Shown in pieces: positions 8,497 to 19,596 of a stretch of DNA of 64,000 nt. Each line of letters opens with the position of its first letter. Position 1 is the first letter of the stretch. The notes below the pieces were generated by a model. That model ran no database searches, was not told where the DNA came from, and worked only from the letters and a program-made list of their open reading frames with translations. The stretch comes from a virus, in the IMG/VR virus record IMGVR_UViG_3300005329_000012, positions 25,544 to 89,543 of that record; one strand, 5' to 3'. A program made the position numbers and the translations under genes.

Positions 8497-10644
8497 GTGA
8501 CGATGGCGCCGGACGACAACAGGATCCAGATCGACCTCAAGCTGCTCCAGGACAAGAACCTGGAGCTGCTCAGGGACTTCTCGGACAAGTTCGAGCAGTC
8601 CGTCACCAACCTGGTGAAGCGGATCGACGACCTGGAGGCGGGTCGCAAGCCGACGACGACGGGCGCCGCGGGCCAGCTGAGCGGGCGCCAGTCCGACGCG
8701 CGCGACGTCGGCGAGGCGATGGAGAGCGGCACCACCAGGGGCCTCTGGCGCCCGGGCATGCCGGTCAACAGCGCGTGGGAGTTCGCGGCCCTCCCGGCGG
8801 CCCAGCGTTGGGAGCTGGAGCGCCAGGCGCAGCGGTACGGCGGGCCTCCCGGCTCGGTCCCCGGCGGCCCGTCCGGCCCCCTCGGCCCGCAGCCGAACCC
8901 GCAGGCGAGCGTGGCCCCGCGGCCGGGCATCGGCGGCGCGCGGTACGGCTTCGACACGCCGGACATGAACGACTACGAGCGCGCGAGCTTCCGCCTCGGC
9001 CAGGTCGGCGAGGGCGGCCTCGCGACGACTCGGTACATGTCGCACCTGTTCCAGCGCATGGGCCAGAGCGGCAGGCTCGGCTTCCGCGGCCAGATGGTGC
9101 AGAACCCGGAGACGGGCGAGCTGGAGTTCGGCGAGGACACGAACACCCTCGGCCGCGCGATGACCCGCTTCGGCGGTCGCGTCGGCCAGGCGGCCCTCAT
9201 CGGCACGTACGGGATGCAGTCGCTCCAGACCGCGCAGGGCATGGTCCCGATGCTCGGCGACCTCATGCCGGGCCAGATGGGCGAGCTGGCCGGTTACGGC
9301 ACGGAGGTCGGCCGGAGCCGCGCGGGCCTCCTCGGGACGCCCTACCTGAGCCCGGCGTGGCGCACCGGCCTCTCGGCGCAGTACGAGGCGTTCCGCCGGT
9401 CGCGCTGGGGCAGCTTCAACTGGAACCCGCTCAAGGGCTTCGGCCTCATCTCCGACCCGAACTACTCGCGCCAGCAGGCCGAGGAGGCGCTGAACATCAC
9501 CAACCAGTTCGGCTGGACCGGCGGGCAGCAGGACCGCGCCCTCGACATGATGCAGCACTACACCAGGCGGTACGGCGGCGCGATCCCGCAGGAGACGATC
9601 ATGCGCCTGATGGAGCCGGTCCTCAGGTACGGGACGTCGTCGCAGACGGAGGTCGCCAACTCCCTCGACCAGATGGCCGAGGCGGCCAAGAGCGCCCACA
9701 TGAGCCTGACCGAGTTCTCGCAGCGCGCCACCGCGGCGGCCGAGGAGCTTTCGACCGCCCTCGGCATCAGCGGCCCGGCCGCGCTGAACCAGGTGTCGGC
9801 CTACGTCGGGGCGACCGGCCAGACACCGGAGAACGCCGCCGCCGTGCTCGGCAACACGCGCAACCTCGTCATCGGCGCCGCCATGAGCGGCAAGGGCCTC
9901 TACGCCACGGCCCACAGCGGCCCCGGCGCGCTCGTGCAGGCCCAGAACGCGATCCTCGGCCCGCTCGCCGACCCGAACCACTGGCGCGGCATGAACAAGG
10001 CCGAGCGGGCGCAGGCGATGGAGCAGCTCCAGATCTACTACATGAGCGACCCGTCGCTGCTGGGCGGCAAGACGCCCGACCAGTTCGTGCGGCAGATCAA
10101 CCTCCAGCAGGAGACCGGCGTCACCGAGGCGCAGGGCTCGCAGGCCCGGTGGCTCATCGACCAGGGGCGGGCGTTCAGCGGCCCCGACTTCGCGCTGAGC
10201 GGCGACCGGATGCAGAGCATCCTCAGGATGGGCGGCGCGTCCGCCAACGACATCCAGGGCTTCATGGAGGCCGCGCGGACCGGCCACACCGGCAACGCCA
10301 AGATCAGCGGGCTCATCAAGGACCTCGACCTCGGCGAGGTCAGCGGCAAGCGCGAGATCAGCCTCCTCGCGAAGCGCCTGCTCGGCGCCAACGTCGAGGC
10401 GGCCGGGAAGGACGCCAACAACAGGACCCGCGTGGACATCAAGGTCGCGCCGCCGTACGACGAGATCTTCAAGGCGCTCGTCAACGGCGACGACGCGTCC
10501 AGCCGCAACTCGCGCAAGGGCTTCGGCCGCGCGGCGTCGGGCGCGGGCGACATGCTCCTCGACCTCGGCAAGGGCCTCGGCCCGATGGGCCTCCCGGTGG
10601 ACGCGGCTGGCCTGGCGGCGAAGGGCCTGGGCTCGATCTTCTAG
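8497..10644 (+). CDS. Tape measure protein
   Basis: Follows the chaperone; Ala/Gly/Gln-rich helical sequence; start GTG 8497 or ATG 8503. Confidence 0.7.
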   Translation: MTMAPDDNRIQIDLKLLQDKNLELLRDFSDKFEQSVTNLVKRIDDLEAGRKPTTTGAAGQLSGRQSDARDVGEAMESGTTRGLWRPGMPVNSAWEFAALPAAQRWELERQAQRYGGPPGSVPGGPSGPLGPQPNPQASVAPRPGIGGARYGFDTPDMNDYERASFRLGQVGEGGLATTRYMSHLFQRMGQSGRLGFRGQMVQNPETGELEFGEDTNTLGRAMTRFGGRVGQAALIGTYGMQSLQTAQGMVPMLGDLMPGQMGELAGYGTEVGRSRAGLLGTPYLSPAWRTGLSAQYEAFRRSRWGSFNWNPLKGFGLISDPNYSRQQAEEALNITNQFGWTGGQQDRALDMMQHYTRRYGGAIPQETIMRLMEPVLRYGTSSQTEVANSLDQMAEAAKSAHMSLTEFSQRATAAAEELSTALGISGPAALNQVSAYVGATGQTPENAAAVLGNTRNLVIGAAMSGKGLYATAHSGPGALVQAQNAILGPLADPNHWRGMNKAERAQAMEQLQIYYMSDPSLLGGKTPDQFVRQINLQQETGVTEAQGSQARWLIDQGRAFSGPDFALSGDRMQSILRMGGASANDIQGFMEAARTGHTGNAKISGLIKDLDLGEVSGKREISLLAKRLLGANVEAAGKDANNRTRVDIKVAPPYDEIFKALVNGDDASSRNSRKGFGRAASGAGDMLLDLGKGLGPMGLPVDAAGLAAKGLGSIF

Positions 10645-10645
10645 C

Positions 10646-12466
10646 ATGGCGCTCGAACTCGTAGGGCAGCAGTCGATCGCGGTCGACCAGGCGGTCGAGC
10701 CCGCGCTGCGCTTCAGCCACCCGCAGATGGACACGGACCTCGTGATCCGGTCCGGCGCGAACTCCATCAAGTGGAGCTACGAGCTGAACACGCAGAGCAC
10801 GCCGACCCTCGGCGGCGAGGTCGTGCAGATCCTCTCGTGCTTCGTCGGCCCGATCACGATCGAGGGGATGGCCGCGGGCCTCCCGACCGACGGCTCGAAG
10901 GCGCGCTCGACCGGCTGGGCTGGGGGCTACACGCCCGCCGACGAGGCCCAGGACATCGTGCGCTGGTTCCTCCGCTACATGCACATGGCGGGCGGCGTGC
11001 AGGATCCGGGCGACTCCGACCGCAACCAGGCCGCGGTCCGGTTCACCTACGTCGCGCGCGGGTGGAGCTTCTTCATCATGCCGACGCAGCTCAGCGGCTT
11101 CGACTTCTCGGCCGACCAGGCGGGCGTCCCGTGGTCGATCACGGCCGAGATCGTGTCCGACGCCGGGCTCGACTACTTCCAGGCGGCGACGATGAACACC
11201 TTCACCGACTCGCTGACGGACCACGCCCTGCTCCAGACGGCCATCACGCCGGGCTTCGACTTCTCGCAGAACCCGTTCATCAACCCGACCCTGGCGGCGC
11301 CGGGCCTGGACAGCCTGGCCCAGCGGCTCGGCGACAACTTCCAGACGCTCGTGGCCTCGTGGGCGGGCTCGAACTTCATGACCTGGGGCTTCAACCCGCT
11401 CGGCGACCCGGGCGACATCAACAAGACCGACCCGTACTCGGTCTGGAACCAGCTCCTCGGCGGCGAGTACCTCGGCCAGATCCCGTCCGGCGGCTACACC
11501 GACTACCTCGGCAGCGCCTTCAACTCGTCGGTCTCGTCGGACGGCACCGACGGCGGCTCGGCGGTAACGATCGGCGGCGCCCAGGCCCCGCAGTGGGTGT
11601 CCGACGTGCTCAGCGGCCTCGGCTACCAGGCGACGCAGGAGAACGTCTGCTTCATGAAGTCCTGGTGGTCCGCCGAGGGCGGGGGCACCGGGTCGAGCAA
11701 GGCGAAGTTCAACTGGCTCAACGTCAACGCGGGGCCGCCGTCGCCCCCGGGCACGGACTTCTTCGTGTCCTCGAACGGCGTGCACATCGCCATCTTCCCC
11801 GACTACAAGACGGGCGTCGAGACGACCATTAAGTTCATCCGGGACACGGGGAACTACAACGACATCCTGGAGGCGCTCAAGAGCGGCAACCCGCTCCTGA
11901 ACTGGCCGACCACCGGGCTCGTGAAGTGGGTCGGCCCGGGCGGCGGGAACTACGGCGGCAACATCTACCAGGCGACCAAGCGGTGCGTCCAGGCGGCGCT
12001 CGACGCGGCGGACGCGCAGGTCGGCGACCAGGGCGGCAAGCGCGGCAAGATCCTGGAGTACATCCTCGCGGCCGAGGGCAACAAGGCGAACTGGCACTAC
12101 GCGTTCGGCGGCCCGGCGGGCAGGAGCGAGTTCGGCGTGGACCCGTCCAGGCGGACGCCGATCTACACCGACTGCTCGGGCTACACGGCCCTCTGCTACG
12201 ACGCCATCGGCATCCGCATCCCGGCCCAGAGCGACTCGCAGGGCCAGCTCTCGACCGCGCGCCACGTGACGGAGAACTACAAGTGCGGCGACCTCTGCAT
12301 CTACCCCGGCCACGTCACGATCGTCGCCACGGCGGGCAGCGCGTCCTCGGCCACGGTGTCGAGCTTCGGCGGCGACCCGCCGAGCTACGACGACCAGCCC
12401 GCCAGGCGGCAGGGCGTCAACTACCGCGGCGACCTGGAGTACGTCGTGAGGATCCTGGCGGACTGA
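10646..12466 (+). CDS. Tail/baseplate protein with C-terminal NlpC/P60 peptidase domain
   Basis: YAFGG...TDCSGYT...GDLCIYPGHVTI NlpC/P60 motif; central WWSAEGG...FNWLN lysozyme-like segment. Confidence 0.75.
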   Translation: MALELVGQQSIAVDQAVEPALRFSHPQMDTDLVIRSGANSIKWSYELNTQSTPTLGGEVVQILSCFVGPITIEGMAAGLPTDGSKARSTGWAGGYTPADEAQDIVRWFLRYMHMAGGVQDPGDSDRNQAAVRFTYVARGWSFFIMPTQLSGFDFSADQAGVPWSITAEIVSDAGLDYFQAATMNTFTDSLTDHALLQTAITPGFDFSQNPFINPTLAAPGLDSLAQRLGDNFQTLVASWAGSNFMTWGFNPLGDPGDINKTDPYSVWNQLLGGEYLGQIPSGGYTDYLGSAFNSSVSSDGTDGGSAVTIGGAQAPQWVSDVLSGLGYQATQENVCFMKSWWSAEGGGTGSSKAKFNWLNVNAGPPSPPGTDFFVSSNGVHIAIFPDYKTGVETTIKFIRDTGNYNDILEALKSGNPLLNWPTTGLVKWVGPGGGNYGGNIYQATKRCVQAALDAADAQVGDQGGKRGKILEYILAAEGNKANWHYAFGGPAGRSEFGVDPSRRTPIYTDCSGYTALCYDAIGIRIPAQSDSQGQLSTARHVTENYKCGDLCIYPGHVTIVATAGSASSATVSSFGGDPPSYDDQPARRQGVNYRGDLEYVVRILAD

Positions 12467-13518
12467 TGGCCTTCCGCCGACCCACCGACGACGACCGCCT
12501 CCCGTTCTACGCGAAGGGGACCGTCGACCGCAAGCCGCCGTTCCGGGCGACCGGCCAGGGGCTCAGCGTCGTGGACCCGGGGGCCAAGGCGGCCAGCGAG
12601 ATCACGTCCAACGCGTCGCTCAGCGCTAACGTCACGGCCGCGAACGGCTCGAAGTACCTGGAGAAGATCTACCTCTACGTCGCGCGCGTCTCCACCGGCT
12701 GGTCGCTCTCGGGCGACTTCGCCCAGGCGCTCAAGTCCCGCAGCTTCTACCCGCGCAACCTGAGCCAGGGCGACTTCGTGATCGAGGGCATCTGCCCGAG
12801 CCAGGACGAGTACGACAAGCTCGTGGAGTTCGTCCAGGCGCACCACCTGCGCATCGTGGACGACAGCACCGACCAGGACTTCTCCGAGTCGGCGGACCAG
12901 ACCGAGAGCGTCAAGTTCCGCATGGCGCCGTCCGGCCGCCCCGGCACGTACCGCCACGCGCCGAAGATCAGCTGGGACGTGGCCGTCACCAACATCGCCG
13001 CCGGGCACGAGCGGTTCAAGTTCCAGCCCGCGTTCACCCTCACCTGCAAGGTGCTGAACGACGACCTCCAGGGCGACGACGACGTCGAGTTCGACATCAT
13101 GACCAACCTGGAGTACAAGCAGGTGTTCACCGACGCCTTCGGCGACCTGTACCACCCGACGGCCACAGGCCCGGCCTTCTCGGCCGCGCTCGCGCCCGAC
13201 ACCCAGACCAAGTGGGACTTCACGGGCGGCGGCAACGGGGAAGCCGGGACCGGCGGGGGCGGGGGCGGCGGGTGCGACCGCGCGGCCGTCTTCGGCGACC
13301 ACGGCGACGGGAAGTGGGGCTACAGCAGCGACACGGAGTACATGGAGAAGAACAACCCCATGACGGGCTCGAACTTCGCGCCCGGCGTGGCCGCCCCGGT
13401 GAAGTTCCCCGGCGGCTGCCGCGGCCCCGGCTCGGACAACGCCTACGACGGGTCGTACATCAGGGACGGCGTGGACGGCGCGGGCAACCGCTACGACGAC
13501 AAGGGGCTCAAGCGGTGA
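12466..13518 (+). CDS. Baseplate/tail structural protein
   Basis: TGATG coupling; position in operon. Confidence 0.6.
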   Translation: MAFRRPTDDDRLPFYAKGTVDRKPPFRATGQGLSVVDPGAKAASEITSNASLSANVTAANGSKYLEKIYLYVARVSTGWSLSGDFAQALKSRSFYPRNLSQGDFVIEGICPSQDEYDKLVEFVQAHHLRIVDDSTDQDFSESADQTESVKFRMAPSGRPGTYRHAPKISWDVAVTNIAAGHERFKFQPAFTLTCKVLNDDLQGDDDVEFDIMTNLEYKQVFTDAFGDLYHPTATGPAFSAALAPDTQTKWDFTGGGNGEAGTGGGGGGGCDRAAVFGDHGDGKWGYSSDTEYMEKNNPMTGSNFAPGVAAPVKFPGGCRGPGSDNAYDGSYIRDGVDGAGNRYDDKGLKR

Positions 13519-16118
13519 GGAGGCTCGTCTACGCCCCCAAGGTCTGGGTCTTCATCCGGTCCTCGAACATCCTCGACGAGAAGGGCGACCCGAGGATCTA
13601 CGACGTGTCCAGCGACATCGTGCGCGGCTCCGTCACGCAGAACCTCGGCGACCTCTCGAAGGCGCGCTTCGAGCTGCGCAACCGCTTCCGCAAGTGGATC
13701 AGGAGCCCGAGCGACGGCTCGAAGCAGATCTTCCTGCCGATGGACCTCGTCACGATCTGGATGCAGCGCATCCCGGGCCACCCGGTCCAGGTCTTCACCG
13801 GCTACCTCGACTCGGTCCCGTACTACCAGGCGTACCCGGGCAACGCGATCTTCGAGGCGTCCTGCACGCTCAAGAAGCTGGCGTTCAACTGGTTCGACCC
13901 GGGCCTGCCGGTGTTCCGCAACTGGATGCAGGCGAACGGCTGGGCCTACGACCCGACGACCGGGAACGTGCTCGCCCAGACGCAGGGGAACACGAACTCC
14001 CCGAAGATCGCCTCGGACGCGAGCTTCGCCGACCTGCTCGGCCGGTTCCTGGTGGACATCGCCGGGTGGTCGCCGAAGGACATCGTGATCAGCAACATGC
14101 CGGTCGGCATCGCGGCCAAGGCGACCGAGCTGTACACGTCGGTCGAGGACGCGACCGAGCAGACCCTCCAGGACCTCAGCGGCCTGATGGGCAAGCTCCT
14201 CGGCGTGAGCGGCGTGACCGGCGTGGACAACAGCCCCGACGCCGCCCCGGACGACGACAGCGTGGCCGAGGCGGTCAAGAACTCCCTGCCGTCGGCGACC
14301 CTGGCCGAGGTCAGGAAGGTCTCGGCGGCGGCCACCGCCAGCAGCCTGCCGCCGTGGCTCCTCATCTTCGCGGGCCTGCTCGCAACCCACTTCCGCCCCG
14401 ACTACCACGTCACCGACACCAGCAACCCGGCGTGGGGCTACGGGCTCTACGCCCTGCGGCCCAACTCGGGCGGCCTCCTCAGCGGCGTGCCGATCATCGG
14501 CAGCGGCAACGACCAGATCGACGGCGTGGCCCCCGAGCGGGTGATGGACCCGACCCTCTCGGCGACCCTGTTCGCCAAGCGGCTCAACAAGAACAGGACC
14601 GACAAGGCCGACAAGGCCCTCGGCGGCGACGTGCAGGCCGCGCGCGAGTGGGTCGAGGCGGCGCTGGGCCGGAACGTCAGCCCGCCGGACACGCTCGACA
14701 ACCTCTACAAGGTCGCGCTCCAGGCGTCCGGCACGCAGAAGACCGACGTCGGCAAGCCGTCGGCGACGATCAGCGTGGACGTGAAGAACACGCCGCTCAC
14801 GGGCGACTTCGTCAAGGCACGCGTCACCCCGGCCGACTTCAAGGTCATCCAGTCGGGCAGCCTCAAGGACGCCGTGCCCGAGCTAGGCGCCGCGCTCATC
14901 CAGGCCAAGTCGATCGCGCCGAACATCCAGGTCCGCGGCGGCACGACCAACCCGCTCGACCTCGTGCTCACCGGCAGCGAGAAGGACCTCGCGCGCCTCT
15001 GGAGCTTCTACAAGGGGAAGCCCGAGTACCAGCGGATCGAGCTGCTCACCGCGAGCACGCACGTCGCCCTGGACAACGGTGTCACGAGCGGCATCCCGCT
15101 CACGATCGGCAACCCGCCCGCGATGCTCGTCAAGGTCAACGTGCCGCTGTTCGACAAGCTCGGGACGCTCACGCTCACCGACCCGCTCCTCGGCGGCGAC
15201 GCGGTGGACGCCGCGGGCGTCGAGGGAGGCATCACCTTCAAGCAGCTGGCCGCCTTCAGCGCCAACGCCGCGTTCGCGTCCAACTTCGCGTTCCCGGCCG
15301 ACTTCATCGCGTCGAACGTCCTGGTCGGCGACAAGGCGCTGATGAACGACGTGTCGTGCCTGAAGGGCGTGCAGCAGTTCTGCGCCGCCAGCCTCCGCAC
15401 CTTCCGCTCGCTCCCGGACGGCCGCTTCATGGCCTTCTACCCCGACTACTTCGGCGCGAGCCGCGACCCGTACTGGAAGATCTACGACATCGAGATCGTG
15501 GACTTCGGCATCCAGCTCAACGACGACGCCCTGGCGACGCACGTCTACGTCATCGGCGACTCGTTCGCGGGCGTCGGGGAGATGCAGGAGGCGTTCCAGC
15601 AGGCCGCCTCGCGCGGGCTCGCGACCCTGACCCAGCCGGGGATGCTCGACGCCTTCATCGTGCCGCTGAACATGACGAACGACGCGCAGGCGCGCGAGGG
15701 CGGCGACTCGGACTCGAACGTGACGATGGAGGAGGCGCGGCTCTCCAACGCCTTCAACTTCCTGGAGCACTACGGGGCCAGGCCGCACAAGGAGGACCAG
15801 CCGCTCATCCGCAACCCGTTCTACGAGTTCCTCATGGCCTGGCAGCGGTTCATGCAGCTCTGGGCGCAGCAGTTCGCGACGACGGTCCAGTTCTCCTTCC
15901 AGCCCGAGGTCATGGCGGGCGGCCTGATCGAGTTCCCGCAGCACCACATCCAGATGTTCTGCGACTCGGTCACGCACTCGTTCGACTACCAGGGCGGCTT
16001 CACCACGCAGGCGACGCTCACCGCGCCGTCCGTCTCGAAGGGCAAGGCGAACGCCTCGGCGACCGACCTGCCCGGCTTCGCGCTCGGCGGCACGATCAAC
16101 ACGGTGGGCGCGGCGTGA
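13515..16118 (+). CDS. Baseplate hub-like protein
   Basis: GTGA coupling; YDVSSDI...ARFELRN...VFTGYLD N-terminus and PEVMAGGLI...SVTHSFDYQGGFTTQATL C-terminus typical of hubs. Confidence 0.7.
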   Translation: MRRLVYAPKVWVFIRSSNILDEKGDPRIYDVSSDIVRGSVTQNLGDLSKARFELRNRFRKWIRSPSDGSKQIFLPMDLVTIWMQRIPGHPVQVFTGYLDSVPYYQAYPGNAIFEASCTLKKLAFNWFDPGLPVFRNWMQANGWAYDPTTGNVLAQTQGNTNSPKIASDASFADLLGRFLVDIAGWSPKDIVISNMPVGIAAKATELYTSVEDATEQTLQDLSGLMGKLLGVSGVTGVDNSPDAAPDDDSVAEAVKNSLPSATLAEVRKVSAAATASSLPPWLLIFAGLLATHFRPDYHVTDTSNPAWGYGLYALRPNSGGLLSGVPIIGSGNDQIDGVAPERVMDPTLSATLFAKRLNKNRTDKADKALGGDVQAAREWVEAALGRNVSPPDTLDNLYKVALQASGTQKTDVGKPSATISVDVKNTPLTGDFVKARVTPADFKVIQSGSLKDAVPELGAALIQAKSIAPNIQVRGGTTNPLDLVLTGSEKDLARLWSFYKGKPEYQRIELLTASTHVALDNGVTSGIPLTIGNPPAMLVKVNVPLFDKLGTLTLTDPLLGGDAVDAAGVEGGITFKQLAAFSANAAFASNFAFPADFIASNVLVGDKALMNDVSCLKGVQQFCAASLRTFRSLPDGRFMAFYPDYFGASRDPYWKIYDIEIVDFGIQLNDDALATHVYVIGDSFAGVGEMQEAFQQAASRGLATLTQPGMLDAFIVPLNMTNDAQAREGGDSDSNVTMEEARLSNAFNFLEHYGARPHKEDQPLIRNPFYEFLMAWQRFMQLWAQQFATTVQFSFQPEVMAGGLIEFPQHHIQMFCDSVTHSFDYQGGFTTQATLTAPSVSKGKANASATDLPGFALGGTINTVGAA

Positions 16119-16681
16119 GCAGCGTCTTCTCCACCGCGCCGCAGCAGCAGTACGAGTACGCGGCGGTCCTGATCGACGACGTCGACATCGAGGTCATGCA
16201 GGCGCACGCGCGCGACCGCACGGGCGCGATCATCCAGTGCTCGTACCGCGACCAGCCCGCCGGGCTCATGGCGATCCCGGCCCCGGGCGAGCGGTGGATC
16301 GCCATCCGCAAGGGGTACACGTGGTACCTCGAAAGCAGGATGGCGACGCCGGAGGAGATGGCGGGCCTCCAGCAGGGCGACCTCTCGATCGACGCCCCCG
16401 GGGACATCTACATCCAGGGCAAGAAGCTCTCGGCGATCGGCGGCAACGTCGTCCAGGACTTCGTCGAGCACCCGCTCGTCGGCGACGGGGGCTTCGCCAC
16501 CGCCGTCCTCACCCACGCGCCCCTGGGCGCCTCCAGCATCACGGTCTTCCTGAACGGCCTCCTCCTCTGGCCGGACCTGTGGACGTACGACGACGCGACG
16601 AAGACGATCACGTTCGACGCGACCATGGGGGAGATCGGCGCTCTCCTCGTCCGCTACGAGACCGCGGACGAGGTTAGCTAA
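16115..16681 (+). CDS. Putative baseplate spike (gpV-like)
   Basis: IPAPGERW OB-fold motif; lies between hub and wedge. Confidence 0.6.
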   Translation: MSSVFSTAPQQQYEYAAVLIDDVDIEVMQAHARDRTGAIIQCSYRDQPAGLMAIPAPGERWIAIRKGYTWYLESRMATPEEMAGLQQGDLSIDAPGDIYIQGKKLSAIGGNVVQDFVEHPLVGDGGFATAVLTHAPLGASSITVFLNGLLLWPDLWTYDDATKTITFDATMGEIGALLVRYETADEVS

Positions 16682-16705
16682 CGCGCCCTCTCAAGCGCGT
16701 AAGGG

Positions 16706-17179
16706 GTGAGCATGACCTGGAGTCTACAGATCAGGAACGGGGACCTCAACTTCGCTGGCCCGGGCGGCTTCGCCGTCGTCTCGGGGACGCAGAAGCTCGT
16801 CCAGGACATCCGCCACTGGCTGCTTGAGCCGCGCGGCACCGACCCGATGCACGCCGACTACGGCTCGACGCTCGACGGCGGGCAGCTCTCCGACGGCTCG
16901 ATCGTCGGCTCCTCGATCGGCGGCGTCTTTTCGGCCGAGGACACCCTCGTCATCGAGGCCGAGATCAGGCGGGTGCTCAACGCCTACCAGCTGCGCCAGG
17001 CCCAGCGCCTCCAGACGGAGGTCACGAGGTTCGGCGGCAAGAACACCTTCTCCACCGGGGAGATCCTCCGCACCGTCAACGCCGTCGAGGTTAAGCAGCT
17101 CGGCGACACGGCCGTCGTGACGATCTCCATCACCACCGCCAACGGCGACAACGTCAAGTTCGTCCAGCCCCTCGCGTAG
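16706..17179 (+). CDS. Baseplate wedge subunit (gp25-like)
   Basis: KLVQDIRHWLLEPRGTDPMHADYGSTL matches the gp25/GPW pattern. Confidence 0.8.
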   Translation: MSMTWSLQIRNGDLNFAGPGGFAVVSGTQKLVQDIRHWLLEPRGTDPMHADYGSTLDGGQLSDGSIVGSSIGGVFSAEDTLVIEAEIRRVLNAYQLRQAQRLQTEVTRFGGKNTFSTGEILRTVNAVEVKQLGDTAVVTISITTANGDNVKFVQPLA

Positions 17180-17182
17180 CCC

Positions 17183-19579
17183 ATGTTCACAGTCGAGCAG
17201 ATCACCCAGAACATCATCAACCAGCTCCAGCTGCTCGACCCGTCGGTCAGCGCGGAGGTCGGCACCCCGGAGCGGAAGCTCATCGAGGCCACGGCCGAGA
17301 TGGCCGCCAGCTCGCAGGTCGACTTCACGGTCCTCAACCAGCAGCACGACCTCGACGCGATGGCGGGCGGCAGGCTCGACGCCTACCTCTCGGTCTTCAA
17401 CTTCTCCCGCCAGTCGGCCGTCCCGGCGTACGGCTCGGTCACGTTCAGCAGGACGACGGCGGCCACCAACGCCATCACCATCCCGCTCGGGACGCAGGTG
17501 CAGGCCCTCATCGACGACCTCCTGTTCCCGACCGTCACCTACGTCACGGTCCAGCAGGCGGTCCTGGAGGCCGGGCAGCTCAGCGTGGTCGTGCCGGTCC
17601 AGGCGACCGTCGCGGGCACGATCGGCAACGTGGACGCGGGCCAGGTCACGGGCTTTGGCGGCCTGAGGTCGATCAACGGCATCACGAACGTCACCAACGC
17701 GGCCCCGCTCGTCGGCGGCCTCGACGCCGAGAACGACGCGGCCTACAAGACGCGCTTCCAGAACACCTTCCTCCGCAACATCAGCGGCACGACGGACATG
17801 TTCCTCGCGCTCGCGGTCGCGATGAGCGGCGTCACCAAGGCGAACGTCGTCGGCCCGATGAGCCGGTACCAGGAGTACGTCCAGGTGCCCGCCGCGCGCG
17901 ACGTGGCGCTGGAGACGCAGGCTGGCGGCTACGACGACGACGGCACGCTGTTCCCGCACAAGCGGACGACGGCCCAGAGCACGGTCCCGTACTCGAAGTA
18001 CACCTGGCCGACCAACTTCTACCTCACCAACTCGACGCTCGACCCGGCGACCGCGGTGTTCTTCCGGCCGGACGTGGACTTCGTGTTCAACTCGCCGCCG
18101 GTCGACGCGTCGGCCGCGGGCACGAACGAGGTCCAGACCATCACCAGGACCGCCACGGGCGGCACCTTCACGATCTCGTTCAACGGCGTCGAGACGGGCG
18201 TGATCGGCGCGGGCGCCGCGGCCCCGACGGCGGCGGCCCTCCAGACGGCCCTCCGGGCGCTGGCCACGGTCGGCGACGGCAACGTGAACGTCACGGGCTC
18301 CGACGGCGGCCCGTTCACCGTCACCTTCGTCAACGAGCTGGGCGGTGCGGACGTGCCGACCCTGGTCATCGACGCCGCGCTCGCGACCGGCGGCACCGTC
18401 ACGGTCGGCGTCACCACGCCGGGCGCCGCGGGCGCGCAGGCGGACGACACCCCGGCCACGAGCCCGAACGTGACCCTGCTCAACCCGTACGACGCGGAGG
18501 CGAACCCCTTCGGCAACGCGCTGGCGGCCACGGGCGAGATCCTGCTCCTGGAGCACGCCTACATGAGCGTCAACTCCAGGAACGACATCGAGTTCGGCAT
18601 CCTCAACTGCGTGGACATCTTCGTGGACGGCCAGAACATCGCCGCGGCCAGCTCGACCGAGGTCCTCCCGGGCGACACGCACAACGTCCAGAACACCAAC
18701 GCGCTCCTCTGGACGTACCAGAAGCTGACGGCCCCGAAGGTCGTCAACTTCCGGCGCAAGATCGACTCGGCGCCGTGCGGCATCGGCAACCGCCTCCAGC
18801 CGCTCTACTGGCAGCCGGTCGTGGACCTCCCCGACACGATCCAGGTCGGCGCGGCCCTGTTCTTCCGGGCGAACTACTACAACCCCGGCGACGCGACGTA
18901 CTACAACCAGTACGACCCCGCGACGGGGACGTACAGCTACAAGGCGCACTACGCGACCGCGGTCGAGGTCAACTCGCACCACGGCTCCGTGCGCGCGCGC
19001 AACGGGATCGAGTGGTTCCTGGCCGGGAACAACTACCTCCCGGGCCAGCTCCCGGAGGACGGCGAGGTCTACTCGGGCAACAAGATCGACGAGCTGTTCG
19101 GGACGGCGTTCACGGTGGACTCGTACCTCTACGACCAGAACGTCAGCGACCTCCAGGCGATCACGGAGAAGAACAAGCAGGTCACGCAGGACGTGCTCGT
19201 GCACCGCGCCAAGCTCCGCTACTTCCGCCCGATCGTGACGGTCATGTACACGCTCGGCGCGACCCGGTCGACGGTCGACGCCTCGATCAGCGCCGCGCTC
19301 TCGACGTACTACCGGAACCAGTACTTCGGCAGCGCCGTGCAGCTCAGCGACATCCTCCAGGTCATCCACAACGTGCCCGGCGTGGACAACGTGCGGTGGA
19401 CGAACGACACGCCGAGCGGGAACAAGCTGGAGGAGGTCGGCGCCGACGGCTCGACCCTCGACGGCGGCCCGTACTACGTGACGACCGACTTCTTCCTCCA
19501 GGACAACGAGCTTCCGGCCGTCCCGAGCCGGAACCAGATCACCATCTCGGTCAGGGCTCAGAACACCTGGGGAACCTAG
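17183..19579 (+). CDS. Baseplate J-like protein
   Basis: AYGSVTF..., VQATVAGTIGNV, VTNAAPLVGGLDAENDAAYKTR signature. Confidence 0.85.
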   Translation: MFTVEQITQNIINQLQLLDPSVSAEVGTPERKLIEATAEMAASSQVDFTVLNQQHDLDAMAGGRLDAYLSVFNFSRQSAVPAYGSVTFSRTTAATNAITIPLGTQVQALIDDLLFPTVTYVTVQQAVLEAGQLSVVVPVQATVAGTIGNVDAGQVTGFGGLRSINGITNVTNAAPLVGGLDAENDAAYKTRFQNTFLRNISGTTDMFLALAVAMSGVTKANVVGPMSRYQEYVQVPAARDVALETQAGGYDDDGTLFPHKRTTAQSTVPYSKYTWPTNFYLTNSTLDPATAVFFRPDVDFVFNSPPVDASAAGTNEVQTITRTATGGTFTISFNGVETGVIGAGAAAPTAAALQTALRALATVGDGNVNVTGSDGGPFTVTFVNELGGADVPTLVIDAALATGGTVTVGVTTPGAAGAQADDTPATSPNVTLLNPYDAEANPFGNALAATGEILLLEHAYMSVNSRNDIEFGILNCVDIFVDGQNIAAASSTEVLPGDTHNVQNTNALLWTYQKLTAPKVVNFRRKIDSAPCGIGNRLQPLYWQPVVDLPDTIQVGAALFFRANYYNPGDATYYNQYDPATGTYSYKAHYATAVEVNSHHGSVRARNGIEWFLAGNNYLPGQLPEDGEVYSGNKIDELFGTAFTVDSYLYDQNVSDLQAITEKNKQVTQDVLVHRAKLRYFRPIVTVMYTLGATRSTVDASISAALSTYYRNQYFGSAVQLSDILQVIHNVPGVDNVRWTNDTPSGNKLEEVGADGSTLDGGPYYVTTDFFLQDNELPAVPSRNQITISVRAQNTWGT

Positions 19580-19596
19580 TGAGGGGCAGGTAGCAG